IMG/VR virus record: IMGVR_UViG_3300049783_001343
Span: 1 to 58,515 of that record
Strand: one strand, 5' to 3'
From: a virus
Lineage: Duplodnaviria > Caudoviricetes
Length of the DNA stretch: 58,515 nt
How positions within the stretch are numbered: the stretch's first letter is position 1; each line of letters starts with the position of its first letter. Shown in pieces: positions 30,401 through 40,487 of the stretch. The notes below the pieces were generated by a model. That model saw only the letters and a list, made by a program, of their open reading frames with translations, made no database searches and was not told the origin of the DNA. Both the position numbers and the translations under genes were made by a program.

Positions 30401-33400
30401 AGACCTACGGCGACCAACTGCTGTTCAACGAGAACGCCACACTCTCGCCTGAGCTGATCCTGCACGAAGCCGGGCATGCTGTCACTGACGCTGTTCTTGA
30501 CAACAAGTCTCACCCGTTGACACGTCAACTGGAAAAACTGCGTATCGAACTTCTCAAGTTTCTTCCACCGGGGTCTTACGGCTTGGTCAATGTGCATGAG
30601 CTTTTGAGCGAAGGTATGTCCAACATAGGGTTCCGTCGTGACTTGAGCTCCGTCAACATCGACGGTCAGCCATTTTCTGCTTGGGAAAAATTCAAGAACA
30701 TAATTGGCAACTACTTTCGTGGGCTTCTTGGTCACAACCCTGCCAAGATGGACTCGGCGAAAGACACTGTCGACCGTGCCTTGGATGCAATCATTGCCAT
30801 AAACCCCAACGAGATGAATAGCGGCCACATCACCGGTGCCTCTTTTACACGGCGACGTGGCAGCAACATTCTGGGCGACGCCATCCGCAAGGCGCGCGTG
30901 CCGACCAAGGCCGACCTCGCTGTGACCCGCAAGGTGCTGGGGAGCAAGGTCGTACCGGTTAAGTGGAAAGGGGTTCTGATGAACCTCGCCATGCCGCTGG
31001 ATTACGTTGCGGACGCTGCTCAAAAGTACATTCCAATCTCGCGGCTTGTGCCTGATCTAATGGGCCAACACCAAGCGGAAATCCAAAACCTCACGACGGA
31101 AGTGGTCAAAAGCACTGAGGCCACGGCCAAGGTATTTAGCAAGTATGTGAAGGACCAGCCGCTGATAACGAAATTCAACGATCTGGCATATTTTGCTACG
31201 CGTCAGCAGGTTGACCCACGCAAGGATAGGAGTGCGTACGAGGGGTACTCGTTCCAGTACAACGTGCTGGACAAAGACGGCAACATCATGCGTCGAGAGC
31301 AGTCAACGCGGTACAAAACCGAGACTGAACGCAACAAAGCACTGCAGGCTTACAATGCTGCCTTGTCCACCGATCTCCAAAAGAACCGCATCGCGCGTGC
31401 GCGCAGAGCGTTTGACGAGGACCCGAAAATAACGGAAGACTACGATTTTGCCCGCGAGGGTTATCTGTCGCTCCCTGCCGATATGAAGACGGAGTTCAGC
31501 CGCATGCTAGAGCTACAACCGTTCGTGGGGAAAGGTTACGCCGAGGCCATTCGATCGCGCATTGAAACAGCCTTGCCGAAAGACAAAGCACTTCAGGACA
31601 AGATATTCGGGACGATTTACGACAAGATCCTGTCTGAGCAAATCCTTGACCCCTACCTCAACATGGCACGTTCGGGCGAGTTCTGGCTGTCGTACGGCGG
31701 CATCGACCCGCTGTCTGTCACCTTTGATCCAGTGACCGGTCAAGCCGACATGGCAAACGTGCAAGTTGAGCAGTTCAAGCATTCGTTTGAGACTGAGGCG
31801 GAACGCGCCGATGCGATACGTGTTCTGCAAGCCTTGCCCGCCGAGCAGCGTGTGACTGACATTAACCCATACCAGCAGGCATCTGCGGGCTTCACGAGCC
31901 AAGACGTTCCGCTAGACTTCGTTGGCAAGGTGCTTGACGCTATCGATACGTCAGGTCAGTTTGCAGCGGTAACAGACCCCGTCACCGGCCAAACTACCGA
32001 TTTGCGTCAGCAAATAATCAATCTGATGTTGGATGCTTCGCCAGAGTCGTCGTTCATCAACTCGTTCAAACGCCGTCAGGGTATCCGTGGTTTCAAAGGC
32101 GACGCTACGCCAATAACCCCACCAAAAGCATCGGGCGATGTGCTGAAGAACCTGCGGGCCAGCTCAATGAAAATCGCACGTAAAACGGCGGACCTGAAAT
32201 ATGGCGCGGAGTTCGCAAGAGCGCGAAAACTCATAAGGGATCAGAACGACAATTTCCAAAACACAAATCCTGACAAGTTATCTCCCGAGGTTTTGAGCAG
32301 GCAACGTGCTGAGGCTACGCAGTACGCTGACACGTTGGTGAACTACACGGAGGCCCCGTTCAAAGTTCGATCGAAAGTGTCACGCGGCCTCGGCGCCGGC
32401 ACGTACATGCTAACGCTGGGCTTTAACGCATCCACCGCCCTTGTGACGTTGTCGCAGATACCGCTATTCGTGTATCCTGTGCTCGCTGGATCGTATAGCG
32501 ATTTGCGGGCTGTCGGCGCGATCGGCGCTGCCAACAGAATACTAGCTGGGGCCAGCCGAGAGCGTGAGGTCAGTCGTGTTGGGCCCACCGGTCAAGTGGA
32601 AACAGTTAAGGAAAAGGTGCCGTTCTTTGAATACTCCACCGAGTACAACGACGCCCCCTACCTCGCGCCACTGATCAAGTTCGCCAAAGCCAACGGTGTA
32701 TTCAACCGCTCTCTCATGCAGGATGAGCTTCTTGGTGAGCAGGCAAACTTGTGGGAAAAGGTGGCGGCCAGTACCGGCATCATGCAGCACCAAGCAGAGC
32801 GTTACTCCCGCGAGACGGCCTTGAACGCTGCCTATATTCTTGAGATGCAGGATCTCACCGGCAGGCAGGACATGTCTGTCAAAGATTTTGTCAAAGGGTT
32901 GGAAGACGGGGATATCACGTTCACGCAAGAACAAGCGCTCGCCGCTGCCGAAACTGCGGTCAACGTGTCCGAGAAGTCCAACGGCCCGATCTATGCGGCT
33001 GCAGGTCCCATCGCCTCAATGGGCAACATCACCTCGCTTGTCTACATGTTCAAACGCCACCCGATTTCGATGATGAACTTGATTGCACAAACAGTCAAAC
33101 GCAGCGCAGGTGCTGACCCCGAGGATCGCCGCATTGCCCAACGTCAAATCGTGCGTATGTTTGGAGGCATGGCCGTTATGGCAGGTGCCATGGGTATGCC
33201 CCTCGCGCAACAGTTTGGCTGGGCATATGACCTGCTGTTCCAAGACGACGACGAACCTGACTTCGAGACAATGCTGCGTATGACCTTGGGTGAAGCTGGA
33301 ACGTTTGGTCTCGCCGACTACCTGTCGGGACTTAAGGTGTCGGAACGTATCGGCTTGGGTGCGCCCATCTACCGTCCCGGATTTTCAGCTCAGAACTCGC

Positions 33401-33987
33401 CGCCGTTGTTTCAGATAGCGGAGGGTATCGGAGGGCCCGTGATGGGCATGGGTCTGAAGTATCTGTCTGAGCGGCCGTACCAAGACCTCGCCGAAGGCAA
33501 CGTTGGGCGCTTTTTTGAGGGGGTTGCACCATCTTCCATCGCCAACGCCTTACGCGCGATGCGGTATTCCAGTGACGGCGCCGAAACGCGCCGAGGGGAC
33601 CTTGTTGATGACGTCGGCCGGTTCAACATAGCTGCGCAAGCGTTTGGCTTTATGCCAACGTCCTATGCGCAGAAGCTGGACATGAACTCGTTTGGCACGA
33701 ACGTGAACAATGCGATCAACCGGGGTAAGAGCCGTCTGCTGCAACGTCTGAACAGAGCACGCAGTGAGGGTGATTTTGACCAAATGCGTGCCATTGAAGA
33801 AGACATTCGGGAGTTCAACACTCGCAATCCGCGGAACCAAATCATGCCAGAAACCAGACGCCAATCGTATCGGGCGTCCATGCGAGTAACTGCGGAAACC
33901 ACGCACGGTCTGTACACCTCTCCGGCAAACCGTGGCAGGATACAGGCAATGTTGGACGCTTGGGGCTCTGCGACAGTCTCTGAATAA
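27412..33987 (+). CDS. Giant internal virion/DNA-ejection protein with a zincin-like HExxH motif
   Basis: AAGGAG RBS; 2191 aa; EGAQEAATE motif, Pro-rich linker, ILHEAGH...NVHELLSE. Confidence 0.75.
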   Translation: MAEIRVPGELSGKEYNIRIAGDSPTADERQRIDAFVRQSETQFAGEYEAQFGENLLPSTGFGAQVGEMFRGIPRGVGSLLQSSATGLATPLGEETELKAREGIRSLGASLQDRYAVPVGREGMVGGTLGEGLGSTLPFFALAPFGPVGVGAGIGLGASAGAGEASERARRAGATEEERNAAIPLGGLVGVSEIAVPVALRGLFRGLLRSGVPETTIRARLGRIASASTAEGAQEAATEFLQNSIEAGIYNPEKDLQDGLIPAGGVGAGVGGIIQALVELGTRNRGPSITPSRTPAPSDPQLALPAPEGPLNPSAPSAPSAPQRAPTSEQGQRPDLSPPTEPSAPLVTPPPTAVGDVTLLTSAPAPTADEMVALMDELGIPRTAALRNSVRSGTIRTNEQLGERLAKFAKATTSDRAVPVNEYLARETQDDTSTAVGPVGPEQSRDREGVADSGQQLGDEPAPPPVAGSVETVGPVTPDAPPVARVDDGTLPAAVAAGEQPATLDAQPVEAPSLTMSQLIAESTRAQVDPSVAVEPTAIVDPDVVEPAALAMPQRIAEAGVAPVNPEMQRSAVEPIPVEPIPVEPIPVGPAAGVEPAAGVDPAAAAVVEPVAEPIERSPMAGATPGIESGAAGQTIPAPVAPAATPPVVDGSVQNVVNDLRAQRAKVIEDDTKGFVQGEIDTWYGENAPAEKQEALKRFTFTDPVPSPLPAADMQSVLTLLQAAPKTRAKGKITPAQAAFTYFSMSPDIDYVLRSIAYDQAQNMETDANNREPSFRRETQFEDSAEASLYEGTGREPALRAARWIRDNLSEQARDTVATYTFNDYRPIDYAAASDARDMNQAREKALKSEVDEIIANTYGDSTPDADTAADLGFATEDLGDIDLAHYSAGATSWLGNSHPRVEERIRAGDVRGALEGLAITAHNRTHRKLAAKLLAKIRDVRSEVLPEPVLREIMLTLDPETVSPSDTTAGAYIIPASEKTIAALRREGREDAISVLETYGDQLLFNENATLSPELILHEAGHAVTDAVLDNKSHPLTRQLEKLRIELLKFLPPGSYGLVNVHELLSEGMSNIGFRRDLSSVNIDGQPFSAWEKFKNIIGNYFRGLLGHNPAKMDSAKDTVDRALDAIIAINPNEMNSGHITGASFTRRRGSNILGDAIRKARVPTKADLAVTRKVLGSKVVPVKWKGVLMNLAMPLDYVADAAQKYIPISRLVPDLMGQHQAEIQNLTTEVVKSTEATAKVFSKYVKDQPLITKFNDLAYFATRQQVDPRKDRSAYEGYSFQYNVLDKDGNIMRREQSTRYKTETERNKALQAYNAALSTDLQKNRIARARRAFDEDPKITEDYDFAREGYLSLPADMKTEFSRMLELQPFVGKGYAEAIRSRIETALPKDKALQDKIFGTIYDKILSEQILDPYLNMARSGEFWLSYGGIDPLSVTFDPVTGQADMANVQVEQFKHSFETEAERADAIRVLQALPAEQRVTDINPYQQASAGFTSQDVPLDFVGKVLDAIDTSGQFAAVTDPVTGQTTDLRQQIINLMLDASPESSFINSFKRRQGIRGFKGDATPITPPKASGDVLKNLRASSMKIARKTADLKYGAEFARARKLIRDQNDNFQNTNPDKLSPEVLSRQRAEATQYADTLVNYTEAPFKVRSKVSRGLGAGTYMLTLGFNASTALVTLSQIPLFVYPVLAGSYSDLRAVGAIGAANRILAGASREREVSRVGPTGQVETVKEKVPFFEYSTEYNDAPYLAPLIKFAKANGVFNRSLMQDELLGEQANLWEKVAASTGIMQHQAERYSRETALNAAYILEMQDLTGRQDMSVKDFVKGLEDGDITFTQEQALAAAETAVNVSEKSNGPIYAAAGPIASMGNITSLVYMFKRHPISMMNLIAQTVKRSAGADPEDRRIAQRQIVRMFGGMAVMAGAMGMPLAQQFGWAYDLLFQDDDEPDFETMLRMTLGEAGTFGLADYLSGLKVSERIGLGAPIYRPGFSAQNSPPLFQIAEGIGGPVMGMGLKYLSERPYQDLAEGNVGRFFEGVAPSSIANALRAMRYSSDGAETRRGDLVDDVGRFNIAAQAFGFMPTSYAQKLDMNSFGTNVNNAINRGKSRLLQRLNRARSEGDFDQMRAIEEDIREFNTRNPRNQIMPETRRQSYRASMRVTAETTHGLYTSPANRGRIQAMLDAWGSATVSE

Positions 33988-34015
33988 AAGAAAACCCCGC
34001 GCCGAAGCGCGGGGT
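33986..34015 (-). terminator. Rho-independent terminator of the - strand arm at the convergence point
   Basis: On -: ACCCCGCGC-TTCG-GCGCGGGGT followed by TTTCTTTT. Confidence 0.9.
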
Positions 34016-34068
34016 CGTAGAGATCAGTGGAGAACCAACTCTAACTAAGTGACAGTCCGTTATCTATA

Positions 34069-34290
34069 TCATGTGTATCGCCATATGCGAAGCCCCAAAA
34101 TGTTGTTTTCTACTCGAACGTGAACTCTCAGTTCCCACCCGCGGCGTGCGAATATGGGGCGCACTTGTTTGTGGGCCTTTGCCACGTTCAGGCAGGGGAT
34201 AAACACCGAGTCCTTGGGTAACATCTTGTCCCAATCGATGATCATCCGAACCCCGTCGGGCCCGATATCGTCAAGTCTCAGAACCTCCAT
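34069..34290 (-). CDS. Hypothetical protein
   Basis: GGAG RBS before ATG 34290; SVFIPC and GLRIWR motifs. Confidence 0.65.
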   Translation of the reverse strand: MEVLRLDDIGPDGVRMIIDWDKMLPKDSVFIPCLNVAKAHKQVRPIFARRGWELRVHVRVENNILGLRIWRYT

Positions 34291-37129
34291 TCGCGGTCTC
34301 CGATAAATCCAATGATGTGCAGTCAATAGAAAGCACAGTGGCAGCGGGCAAGTTCATCTTCGTACCTTTAGACATCCGCATCTTTTGCTTGCGCCCGCCC
34401 ATCTTTTCACCAAGCTCGGATATCACAGAGTCGTAGTTCAGCCGCTGTTTTGTGCACCACACCTTAAAGGAACGCATGACAATGTAGAGAACTTTCACGT
34501 CCGTTTCATAACGTGCCACAAGTCGCATTTTGGGCTGCATCTCTGGGACAACCAGACTGTCGAGCCCGTTGCCGTTCGCCAATCCGCGCAGATCGTCGGT
34601 ACTCTTAATCCACAGAATGCTGCCATAGTGCTCGTGCACAAAGTCGTTGACGATTGCCTCAACAGAAATCTTTGCCTCAACCGCACTGCGCTTGTTATCA
34701 TTGATCAACTGCACGACCCACTTAAACATCTTTTCAGGATCGTAGGTCAGCAATCCAGCCTCGCGGGCCAAGATCAACGCCGTGATTGTTGCGGCACCCT
34801 GCACGGACCATAACCTGTTGTCCATTTTGAGACCACAGATTGTGTCAAGTTTGAGCTGAACGCGTTCAAGCACCGCTTTGGCGGTATCTAAGTCGCGCAT
34901 TATGTGCTGCACAAACACTTCGGCTGCGTGCCCTGCATTTTTACCTACACCCTTGGCGAACACATCGGTCTCGTTCTTGTCTTTGAAGGTGAATGATTGT
35001 GCGTGAAAACGCAGAACACGCTGCTCTTCTGCTTCGGGCTTTGACTTTAACGAGTAAACTTTGGCCAACATCGAATGGTTTGACGATGACGTAACGGTGG
35101 TATGCCAAGCTCTGCCGCGATATCTTTCGTCGTTGCTGCCCGACGACATGCGACCTTTCTGGCGGCCGTCAGTTATTCCGTAAATAAGATTGGACGTATC
35201 TGCTGCTGGAAACTCGGTGAACTCGTCGAACTGCACGTTAACGTCCATCATAAGTTCCAGACGGTTCATACGCATGTTGAGAGTGTCCGTGGGTCTGATC
35301 ATGAGTTCATTTGGGTCTCCGTATATGGTGCAGGCAAACTTTTGTGTTGTCGATTTGCCGTGCCCAGATCCGTCGCTGTAAAAGTCAAAAATCGCAGCGT
35401 GGACCGGCGTGAGGCGCATCAGAGGTGCAGCCAATGCTTGGCACAAAAGAAATTGGTACGGCTCAAGACCCTCACGATTATAGAAATTGGCCTGCTCCAC
35501 CCATCCTTCGAGAGTGCCGACAGGTTTGAAGGCAGGAAACATAAAGGATGTTCTTGAGGATGGTGGATTATACCCTACGCGGTCTGCAAATATCTCGCGG
35601 TTGCCAATAACGTAGGAGGTGAAGTCGTCGTCGGTCCATCCGAATTGTGTGCGAGCGACGTCTGCAACCGTGGTTGTCTGCAGTTCCTCAATCCATTTTT
35701 GAGTGTAAGCCATAACAATATCCCACTTCTTGGCGCTTACAACGACGCCATGCCTCGACAGTATTTTCCGCAATTCTTCCTTGGACGTTGCTGCAACCAG
35801 CGGCAGGAGGAACTCTCTAATTGTATCGTTCGGCAGCTGCACCTTACCTAAAACGCACTCCCCGATCTCAACATCTAGCACACGTTGCGTATAATATAGA
35901 TCGTTGGAGTAAATCTCGACATCGTCATATCCGCCATCTTCGTTTTCTTCTTCAACGTACACGCCGCCGTTTTTGCCACGCTTAAACGGAAACGGGAAAC
36001 GAGGTATGTCGACAGTTCCGTCTTTGTAGACGACCGTTGGTTCACCTGTTGCTTCGTCCTCGACTTCCCATGTGTCAGCTTCTGCCACTACCGCGCCCAA
36101 TTGGATCGGGGACTTGATCTTTCCCTTAAACGGGCAATCGCCACAAACGCCGGGTCTGAGATCATCAAAGGTATCGCAGATGTATGGGCCGGCGATGGCT
36201 TCTAATTTGGCCGACGTGGTCTCTACGTTATACTCAGGGTGCCCTCTTGAAATAATATGTGCGGCCTTTGCACCATCGCTGCAAAACTTGGTGATCGACA
36301 GGGCTGCGCGCCACAGTGGTTCGTCCACTTTTTCTTGTTCTGTCATGATAAACGCAAGCTGGGCACACCCGTTGCCGGCGCTGGATTTCTGCGCGATCTT
36401 CTTGAATGAGTTTTCCCTGTTGCGAAGCATCTTCTGCATCACAGGGTCGTCCGCAATACTCATCTTAACGTTCGCGAATAGCGTCGGTGAAACCAGTAAG
36501 GCCGGCGCAGGTGCCTCGGCATCCAGAAGGTCAGAGAACCACGACAGGCTTTGCTTTTCACCTTTGGTCACGCCGAGAACGTGAACCGGCGCACTCGTGT
36601 TGTATTTGCGGTTGTGTGATCCGGGTATGCGCAGCACGCGCGAAGCGTCCGCTGGCACCGCGTTATCGATCCGCAAACCGTGCTTAGAGCACGCGCGCTT
36701 AAGAGCCACCGCCACAGGGCGCCACTCTGCAACCGGCATTGGTTCGGACAGTGGCCAGTACACGTGCACACCGTAGCCGCTGAAAACCATCAAGGGTTGA
36801 GGCATTCCGACTGCCTTGCAGAAGGTATTCAGAGACGCGAGAGCTTCGCTGGCATCTGGGTAATCCTTCCCTTCACCACAATCTAGGTCGAGAAAAAGAC
36901 TGCCTATGAGCCGAACGTTCTCAGCTTTACGGAGCCCCTCTTCGTCGAAGGTGGCCAGCGCGAAGTACACGTCAAGGCCCTGTTCGTCCAACTTATAGGA
37001 TGCACTAAGGAGATGCTCAACCGTGCTATGAAACGTCTGTTTTTTGATCTTGGTGCCAATCTTCGCAGCGAAGAGGCAATAGTTGCCCCCTTCCGCGAGC
37101 ACCCGCTTAAGGAATTTTGAAGTCTCCAT
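34271..37129 (-). CDS. Primase-helicase (AEP-type primase plus DUF927-like P-loop helicase)
   Basis: FLDLDC, SGYGVHVYW, RVLRIPGS; Cys cluster; Walker A-like GSGHGKST; FDE. Confidence 0.85.
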   Translation of the reverse strand: METSKFLKRVLAEGGNYCLFAAKIGTKIKKQTFHSTVEHLLSASYKLDEQGLDVYFALATFDEEGLRKAENVRLIGSLFLDLDCGEGKDYPDASEALASLNTFCKAVGMPQPLMVFSGYGVHVYWPLSEPMPVAEWRPVAVALKRACSKHGLRIDNAVPADASRVLRIPGSHNRKYNTSAPVHVLGVTKGEKQSLSWFSDLLDAEAPAPALLVSPTLFANVKMSIADDPVMQKMLRNRENSFKKIAQKSSAGNGCAQLAFIMTEQEKVDEPLWRAALSITKFCSDGAKAAHIISRGHPEYNVETTSAKLEAIAGPYICDTFDDLRPGVCGDCPFKGKIKSPIQLGAVVAEADTWEVEDEATGEPTVVYKDGTVDIPRFPFPFKRGKNGGVYVEEENEDGGYDDVEIYSNDLYYTQRVLDVEIGECVLGKVQLPNDTIREFLLPLVAATSKEELRKILSRHGVVVSAKKWDIVMAYTQKWIEELQTTTVADVARTQFGWTDDDFTSYVIGNREIFADRVGYNPPSSRTSFMFPAFKPVGTLEGWVEQANFYNREGLEPYQFLLCQALAAPLMRLTPVHAAIFDFYSDGSGHGKSTTQKFACTIYGDPNELMIRPTDTLNMRMNRLELMMDVNVQFDEFTEFPAADTSNLIYGITDGRQKGRMSSGSNDERYRGRAWHTTVTSSSNHSMLAKVYSLKSKPEAEEQRVLRFHAQSFTFKDKNETDVFAKGVGKNAGHAAEVFVQHIMRDLDTAKAVLERVQLKLDTICGLKMDNRLWSVQGAATITALILAREAGLLTYDPEKMFKWVVQLINDNKRSAVEAKISVEAIVNDFVHEHYGSILWIKSTDDLRGLANGNGLDSLVVPEMQPKMRLVARYETDVKVLYIVMRSFKVWCTKQRLNYDSVISELGEKMGGRKQKMRMSKGTKMNLPAATVLSIDCTSLDLSETANGGSET

Positions 37130-37194
37130 GATCCGCCACTTTTGTTATTGTGCGCAGCCCCAGACATACCGGGGCTGCATTGGTAGATGGCAGA

Positions 37195-38184
37195 TTAGTC
37201 GTCCCAGCTGTCGATGATGGACGCCAGCTTATCCGCTGTGTTTGAGTCAGGTGCCGTAGGCTTAGGCTTGCCAACTTTCTTGGGCTCCTCGATCTCTTCC
37301 TCTTCCTCCTCAACCTCTTCCTTCTTGGGCTTCGGTTTTGGCTTCGGTTTTGGCTTCGGCTTCTCTTCTTCCTCTTCGACCTCGTCTTCCTCCTCGACCT
37401 CTTCCTCGACCTCTTCCTCGACCTTCTTGGCCTTTGGTTTCGGCTTCGGCTTATCTTCGGCCGGCTTTTTGTCTTGTGAGCCCACAGTGAACTCGATAGC
37501 CCGATGCGCTTCCTCGCTGTCACGTGCTTCAAGAACCTCGGTCAACTCGTCTTCTTCCAGAGCGCGCGTGGCTTTGAAGTACAGCTTTGGTGTGGCAGAC
37601 TCGTCGTCGAACCGCATCTCGGTGACTACGGCAACCGCGGGCGTGTCATGGCCCGACAGGAACTTGATGTAAGCCTGCAGTCCCATGTCGCTGCCGTTGG
37701 CGTCGCCAAACAGAGATGTCGCGGGCAGCTGCAGCTGATAAACTGTATCAAGCTCGCCTTCCAACGAAATGGCCAGACGTTGCGCAAACCGGCACGCGCG
37801 CGTCTCGCCTTGGCCAGAGCCTTTGACATTCATCGGGCAGTCGCCACAGCGCGCAGCTTGCCGGTTTTCTTCCAGAACTTCAGGTGCAGGTGTGCGCGTG
37901 TCCAAAGACCAACACAAGGGAGGTGAGGTGTTGTTCTCATCAAACGATCCGGCATAGTAGGTGCGGGACACGTCTGCGGCGTTGAGTATAACCATGTTCA
38001 TGGTGTCAGACCGGCTGACGCTCACCTGTGCACCGTCTACAAACTTGCGGAACTTGCCGCCTTTGATGCTGAGGCGCTTGCCAGCGGAACCGCCGCCAGC
38101 CATTTTCTTGTTCGAGTCCAAGAGGGACTTGACGCGGTCACTTTTTAGGAGGGCATTGCCCTTAAAGATTGCAAGATCGCTCAC
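37195..38184 (-). CDS. Putative single-stranded DNA-binding protein
   Basis: AAGGAG RBS; Cys-containing core; KP- and E-rich tail ending DSWDD; replication context. Confidence 0.6.
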   Translation of the reverse strand: MSDLAIFKGNALLKSDRVKSLLDSNKKMAGGGSAGKRLSIKGGKFRKFVDGAQVSVSRSDTMNMVILNAADVSRTYYAGSFDENNTSPPLCWSLDTRTPAPEVLEENRQAARCGDCPMNVKGSGQGETRACRFAQRLAISLEGELDTVYQLQLPATSLFGDANGSDMGLQAYIKFLSGHDTPAVAVVTEMRFDDESATPKLYFKATRALEEDELTEVLEARDSEEAHRAIEFTVGSQDKKPAEDKPKPKPKAKKVEEEVEEEVEEEDEVEEEEEKPKPKPKPKPKPKKEEVEEEEEEIEEPKKVGKPKPTAPDSNTADKLASIIDSWDD

Positions 38185-38477
38185 GCTGGTTCTCCTTTAG
38201 CGTCTGGGGTTTCGTCGTTTACGTCAACGTCCGAAAACTTAATTTCAGACTGCACTGGATCTTCGTCGATCGCAGGGCTGACAGGTTCGTCTTCTTTCAC
38301 ACCAACAGTCAAGAGGTGGGCTTCGATCTTTTCGATGTCGTAGCGAAACACACGACCAAAGCGTGCGTAAGTTCCAACCGGGATCTCCCCAGTTTTCATC
38401 ATTGCCATGATCGTCGCGTTTGAGACACTAAAGTGCGCAGCGGTCTCGACAGTTGTGGAGTATTTAGACGTGTTCAT
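38181..38477 (-). CDS. Excisionase-like HTH DNA-binding protein
   Basis: TVETAAHFSVSNATIMAMMKTGEIP...GRVFRY. Confidence 0.7.
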   Translation of the reverse strand: MNTSKYSTTVETAAHFSVSNATIMAMMKTGEIPVGTYARFGRVFRYDIEKIEAHLLTVGVKEDEPVSPAIDEDPVQSEIKFSDVDVNDETPDAKGEPA

Positions 38478-38872
38478 GATTTCCTCACGGTAATTGTGTA
38501 CTCCGAGGTCGTATTGATGCCCGGCGGTACGGTTTCAGGGTTATCCTCAAGGAACGACTTGACCACTGTTTGGTTCAGGCGCTTCTCAAGAAACTCGGGC
38601 AAGTTGTTCTCCACAACAAACTTCCCCATAGACTCCCAATCGCTTGTCCAGTACCGCGTTTTCATGCTGCGGTACACTAGACCAGAAGCTGTGCGAACAC
38701 TTTCAACTTCGTGCTCTTTGCAGTAGTCGAGCAACACCGCCTTAATTTGATCCATCTGCGCCACCAGCTTGGCCTCTTCTTCTTTGAACTCAGCGGAGAG
38801 TTTGGCTTTCGCATCGCGCATCTTAATAAAGATACGTGTCAGTTTCTCAATTGGGGTGTCGGGCGCTGTCAT
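38474..38872 (-). CDS. Hypothetical replication-module protein
   Basis: AAGGAG RBS; coiled coil, SVRT..G, DWES, LEKRL and PPG motifs. Confidence 0.75.
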   Translation of the reverse strand: MTAPDTPIEKLTRIFIKMRDAKAKLSAEFKEEEAKLVAQMDQIKAVLLDYCKEHEVESVRTASGLVYRSMKTRYWTSDWESMGKFVVENNLPEFLEKRLNQTVVKSFLEDNPETVPPGINTTSEYTITVRKS

Positions 38873-38931
38873 GTCATTCTCCTTTGACGCTGTCTTGTAC
38901 ACTGTTATATTCTCACGCTCGTGTAGTCAAG

Positions 38932-40458
38932 CTACATATTGTAGAGATCGATCACTTGCCTGTGGAGGTCCATCTTGCCATCCAGTAGCGTGTAGACCCT
39001 TTGCTCAACGGGTGATCCCACGAGCTGCACGATTGTGCATTTGTTCATCTGCCCTTTGCGGTGGATACGGGCGTTGGCTTGCTCGTATATCTCAAGCGAT
39101 GCCGTTGGGCCCCACCAAACAATCGTATCGGCGGCCGTCAGAGTCAGGCCGTGGGCAGCAGCTTGGGGCTGAACCACCAGCACGCGAGGGTCGTCTTCGT
39201 TCTGGAAGGCGCGGAATATGTCGGTGCGGTCGCTTGCGCTGACTGATCCACTGATAACTTCGCAGGTGATTTTGTCGGCTGTCAGCTTTTCGGCCAGCAA
39301 GGCAATGGCGCTGCGGAACGGAACAAACACAATCACCTTGTTTGGCGTCTCGGACAGAACCTCGGTCAACACCTTGTAGCGTGTGCTGATATCGAACTGC
39401 AGATTGTTCTGATCATCGGTGATGACGGACCCTGAGCTTATCTGCAGCAGCTTTGTCATGACGCCAGCCGCGTTTCCAGCAGTGACGTTCTCGCCGGCAG
39501 CTTCAAGCAGCAGATCCTTACGCATCTTCCCGTAGAACTTCTTTTGTTGGGGCGTCATCTCAACCGTGCGAGACACATAGACCATGTCGGGCAGGTCAAG
39601 GCATTCTTCTTTGGTGTGGCGTATGGCCGGCTGTAGCACGCGGTGCACGGTTTCAGCGGCGTTCTCTTTGGGTGCCCATTTGAACTGCGTGATTTTGCGC
39701 ATCACCATGTCTCGGTACGAACCAAAGTAGCGCGGCACGCCCTCGGGGTTCACCAGCTTCGCCAACCCGTACGCTTTGTCTGGTCCTTGGGCTGCAGGGG
39801 TGCCAGTCATGAGCCAGAGCCACACATCGGGCCCAGCGATCTTGTTCAAGGCCTTCCAGCGAGCTGTTTGGGCGTTTTGCAGGGCGCTCGCCTCATCGAC
39901 AATGATCAGATCGAAGCCACCTTTGGCAATATCATCTGCCATAATCTTCACGCCGTCGTAGTTGATCACCACGAACTCTGCGTCGCTGTTGATAATCTTG
40001 CGCCGCTTGACCGCTGTGCCGTAGGCCACGTCCACTCTACGGTGCATGGCAAAGGTGAACAGATCATTGCGCCACGCTGCGTCCATGATCGAGACCGGAC
40101 AAACAACCAGCACCCGTCGAACCAGTTTCTGCGTCATAAGAAAGTCCGCTGCCCATATCGCACTGGCCGTCTTGCCGACACCCGGACTGCTGAAGCAGAA
40201 CGCTTTCTTGTTCATGGTGAAGAATGCAGATGTCTCGCGTTGGTGGGCCATGGGCTTAAACTTGCCGGGCCAGTTATACCGCCCTTCGATCGGCGACGGT
40301 GCATCAAAGTTCAGGGCACGTAGAACTTGGGCCTGCTCCACACCCCACTTCACAACAACGGTGTTATCGTCGACCTGTTTGCTGTCAGGTACGGCTGCCA
40401 GCACGCGCGCAGGGTTTTTGACGCGCAGCATGAGCGCTTTGTTGTCTACAATCTTCAT
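38932..40458 (-). CDS. SNF2-family (SF2) helicase
   Basis: PGVGKT, IIVDEAS, MTGTP, HGLTLTAAD and QANARIHRKGQ motifs. Confidence 0.92.
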   Translation of the reverse strand: MKIVDNKALMLRVKNPARVLAAVPDSKQVDDNTVVVKWGVEQAQVLRALNFDAPSPIEGRYNWPGKFKPMAHQRETSAFFTMNKKAFCFSSPGVGKTASAIWAADFLMTQKLVRRVLVVCPVSIMDAAWRNDLFTFAMHRRVDVAYGTAVKRRKIINSDAEFVVINYDGVKIMADDIAKGGFDLIIVDEASALQNAQTARWKALNKIAGPDVWLWLMTGTPAAQGPDKAYGLAKLVNPEGVPRYFGSYRDMVMRKITQFKWAPKENAAETVHRVLQPAIRHTKEECLDLPDMVYVSRTVEMTPQQKKFYGKMRKDLLLEAAGENVTAGNAAGVMTKLLQISSGSVITDDQNNLQFDISTRYKVLTEVLSETPNKVIVFVPFRSAIALLAEKLTADKITCEVISGSVSASDRTDIFRAFQNEDDPRVLVVQPQAAAHGLTLTAADTIVWWGPTASLEIYEQANARIHRKGQMNKCTIVQLVGSPVEQRVYTLLDGKMDLHRQVIDLYNM

Positions 40459-40469
40459 CGGTTCTCCAG

Positions 40470-40486
40470 TTATGCGTCACGCATAA
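40470..40486. promoter_or_regulatory. 17-bp palindrome copy 1 (TTATGC-GTCAC-GCATAA)
   Basis: Between the HNH-like gene stop and the helicase RBS. Confidence 0.8.
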
Positions 40487-40487
40487 T

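Noticed and set aside
2641-33660. TTATGC half-sites in the late arm (e.g. 2641, 8040, 26723)
   Set aside because: None has GCATAA 5 bp downstream, so they are treated as chance matches.
37155-37179. GCAGCCCC/GGGGCTGC hairpin between the SSB and primase genes as a terminator
   Set aside because: There is no adjacent U-tract on the transcribed strand; it may be a stabilising hairpin, but that is unsupported.
38904-38930. Possible - strand promoter TTGACT...TATAAC
   Set aside because: The spacer is only 15 bp; too weak to call.
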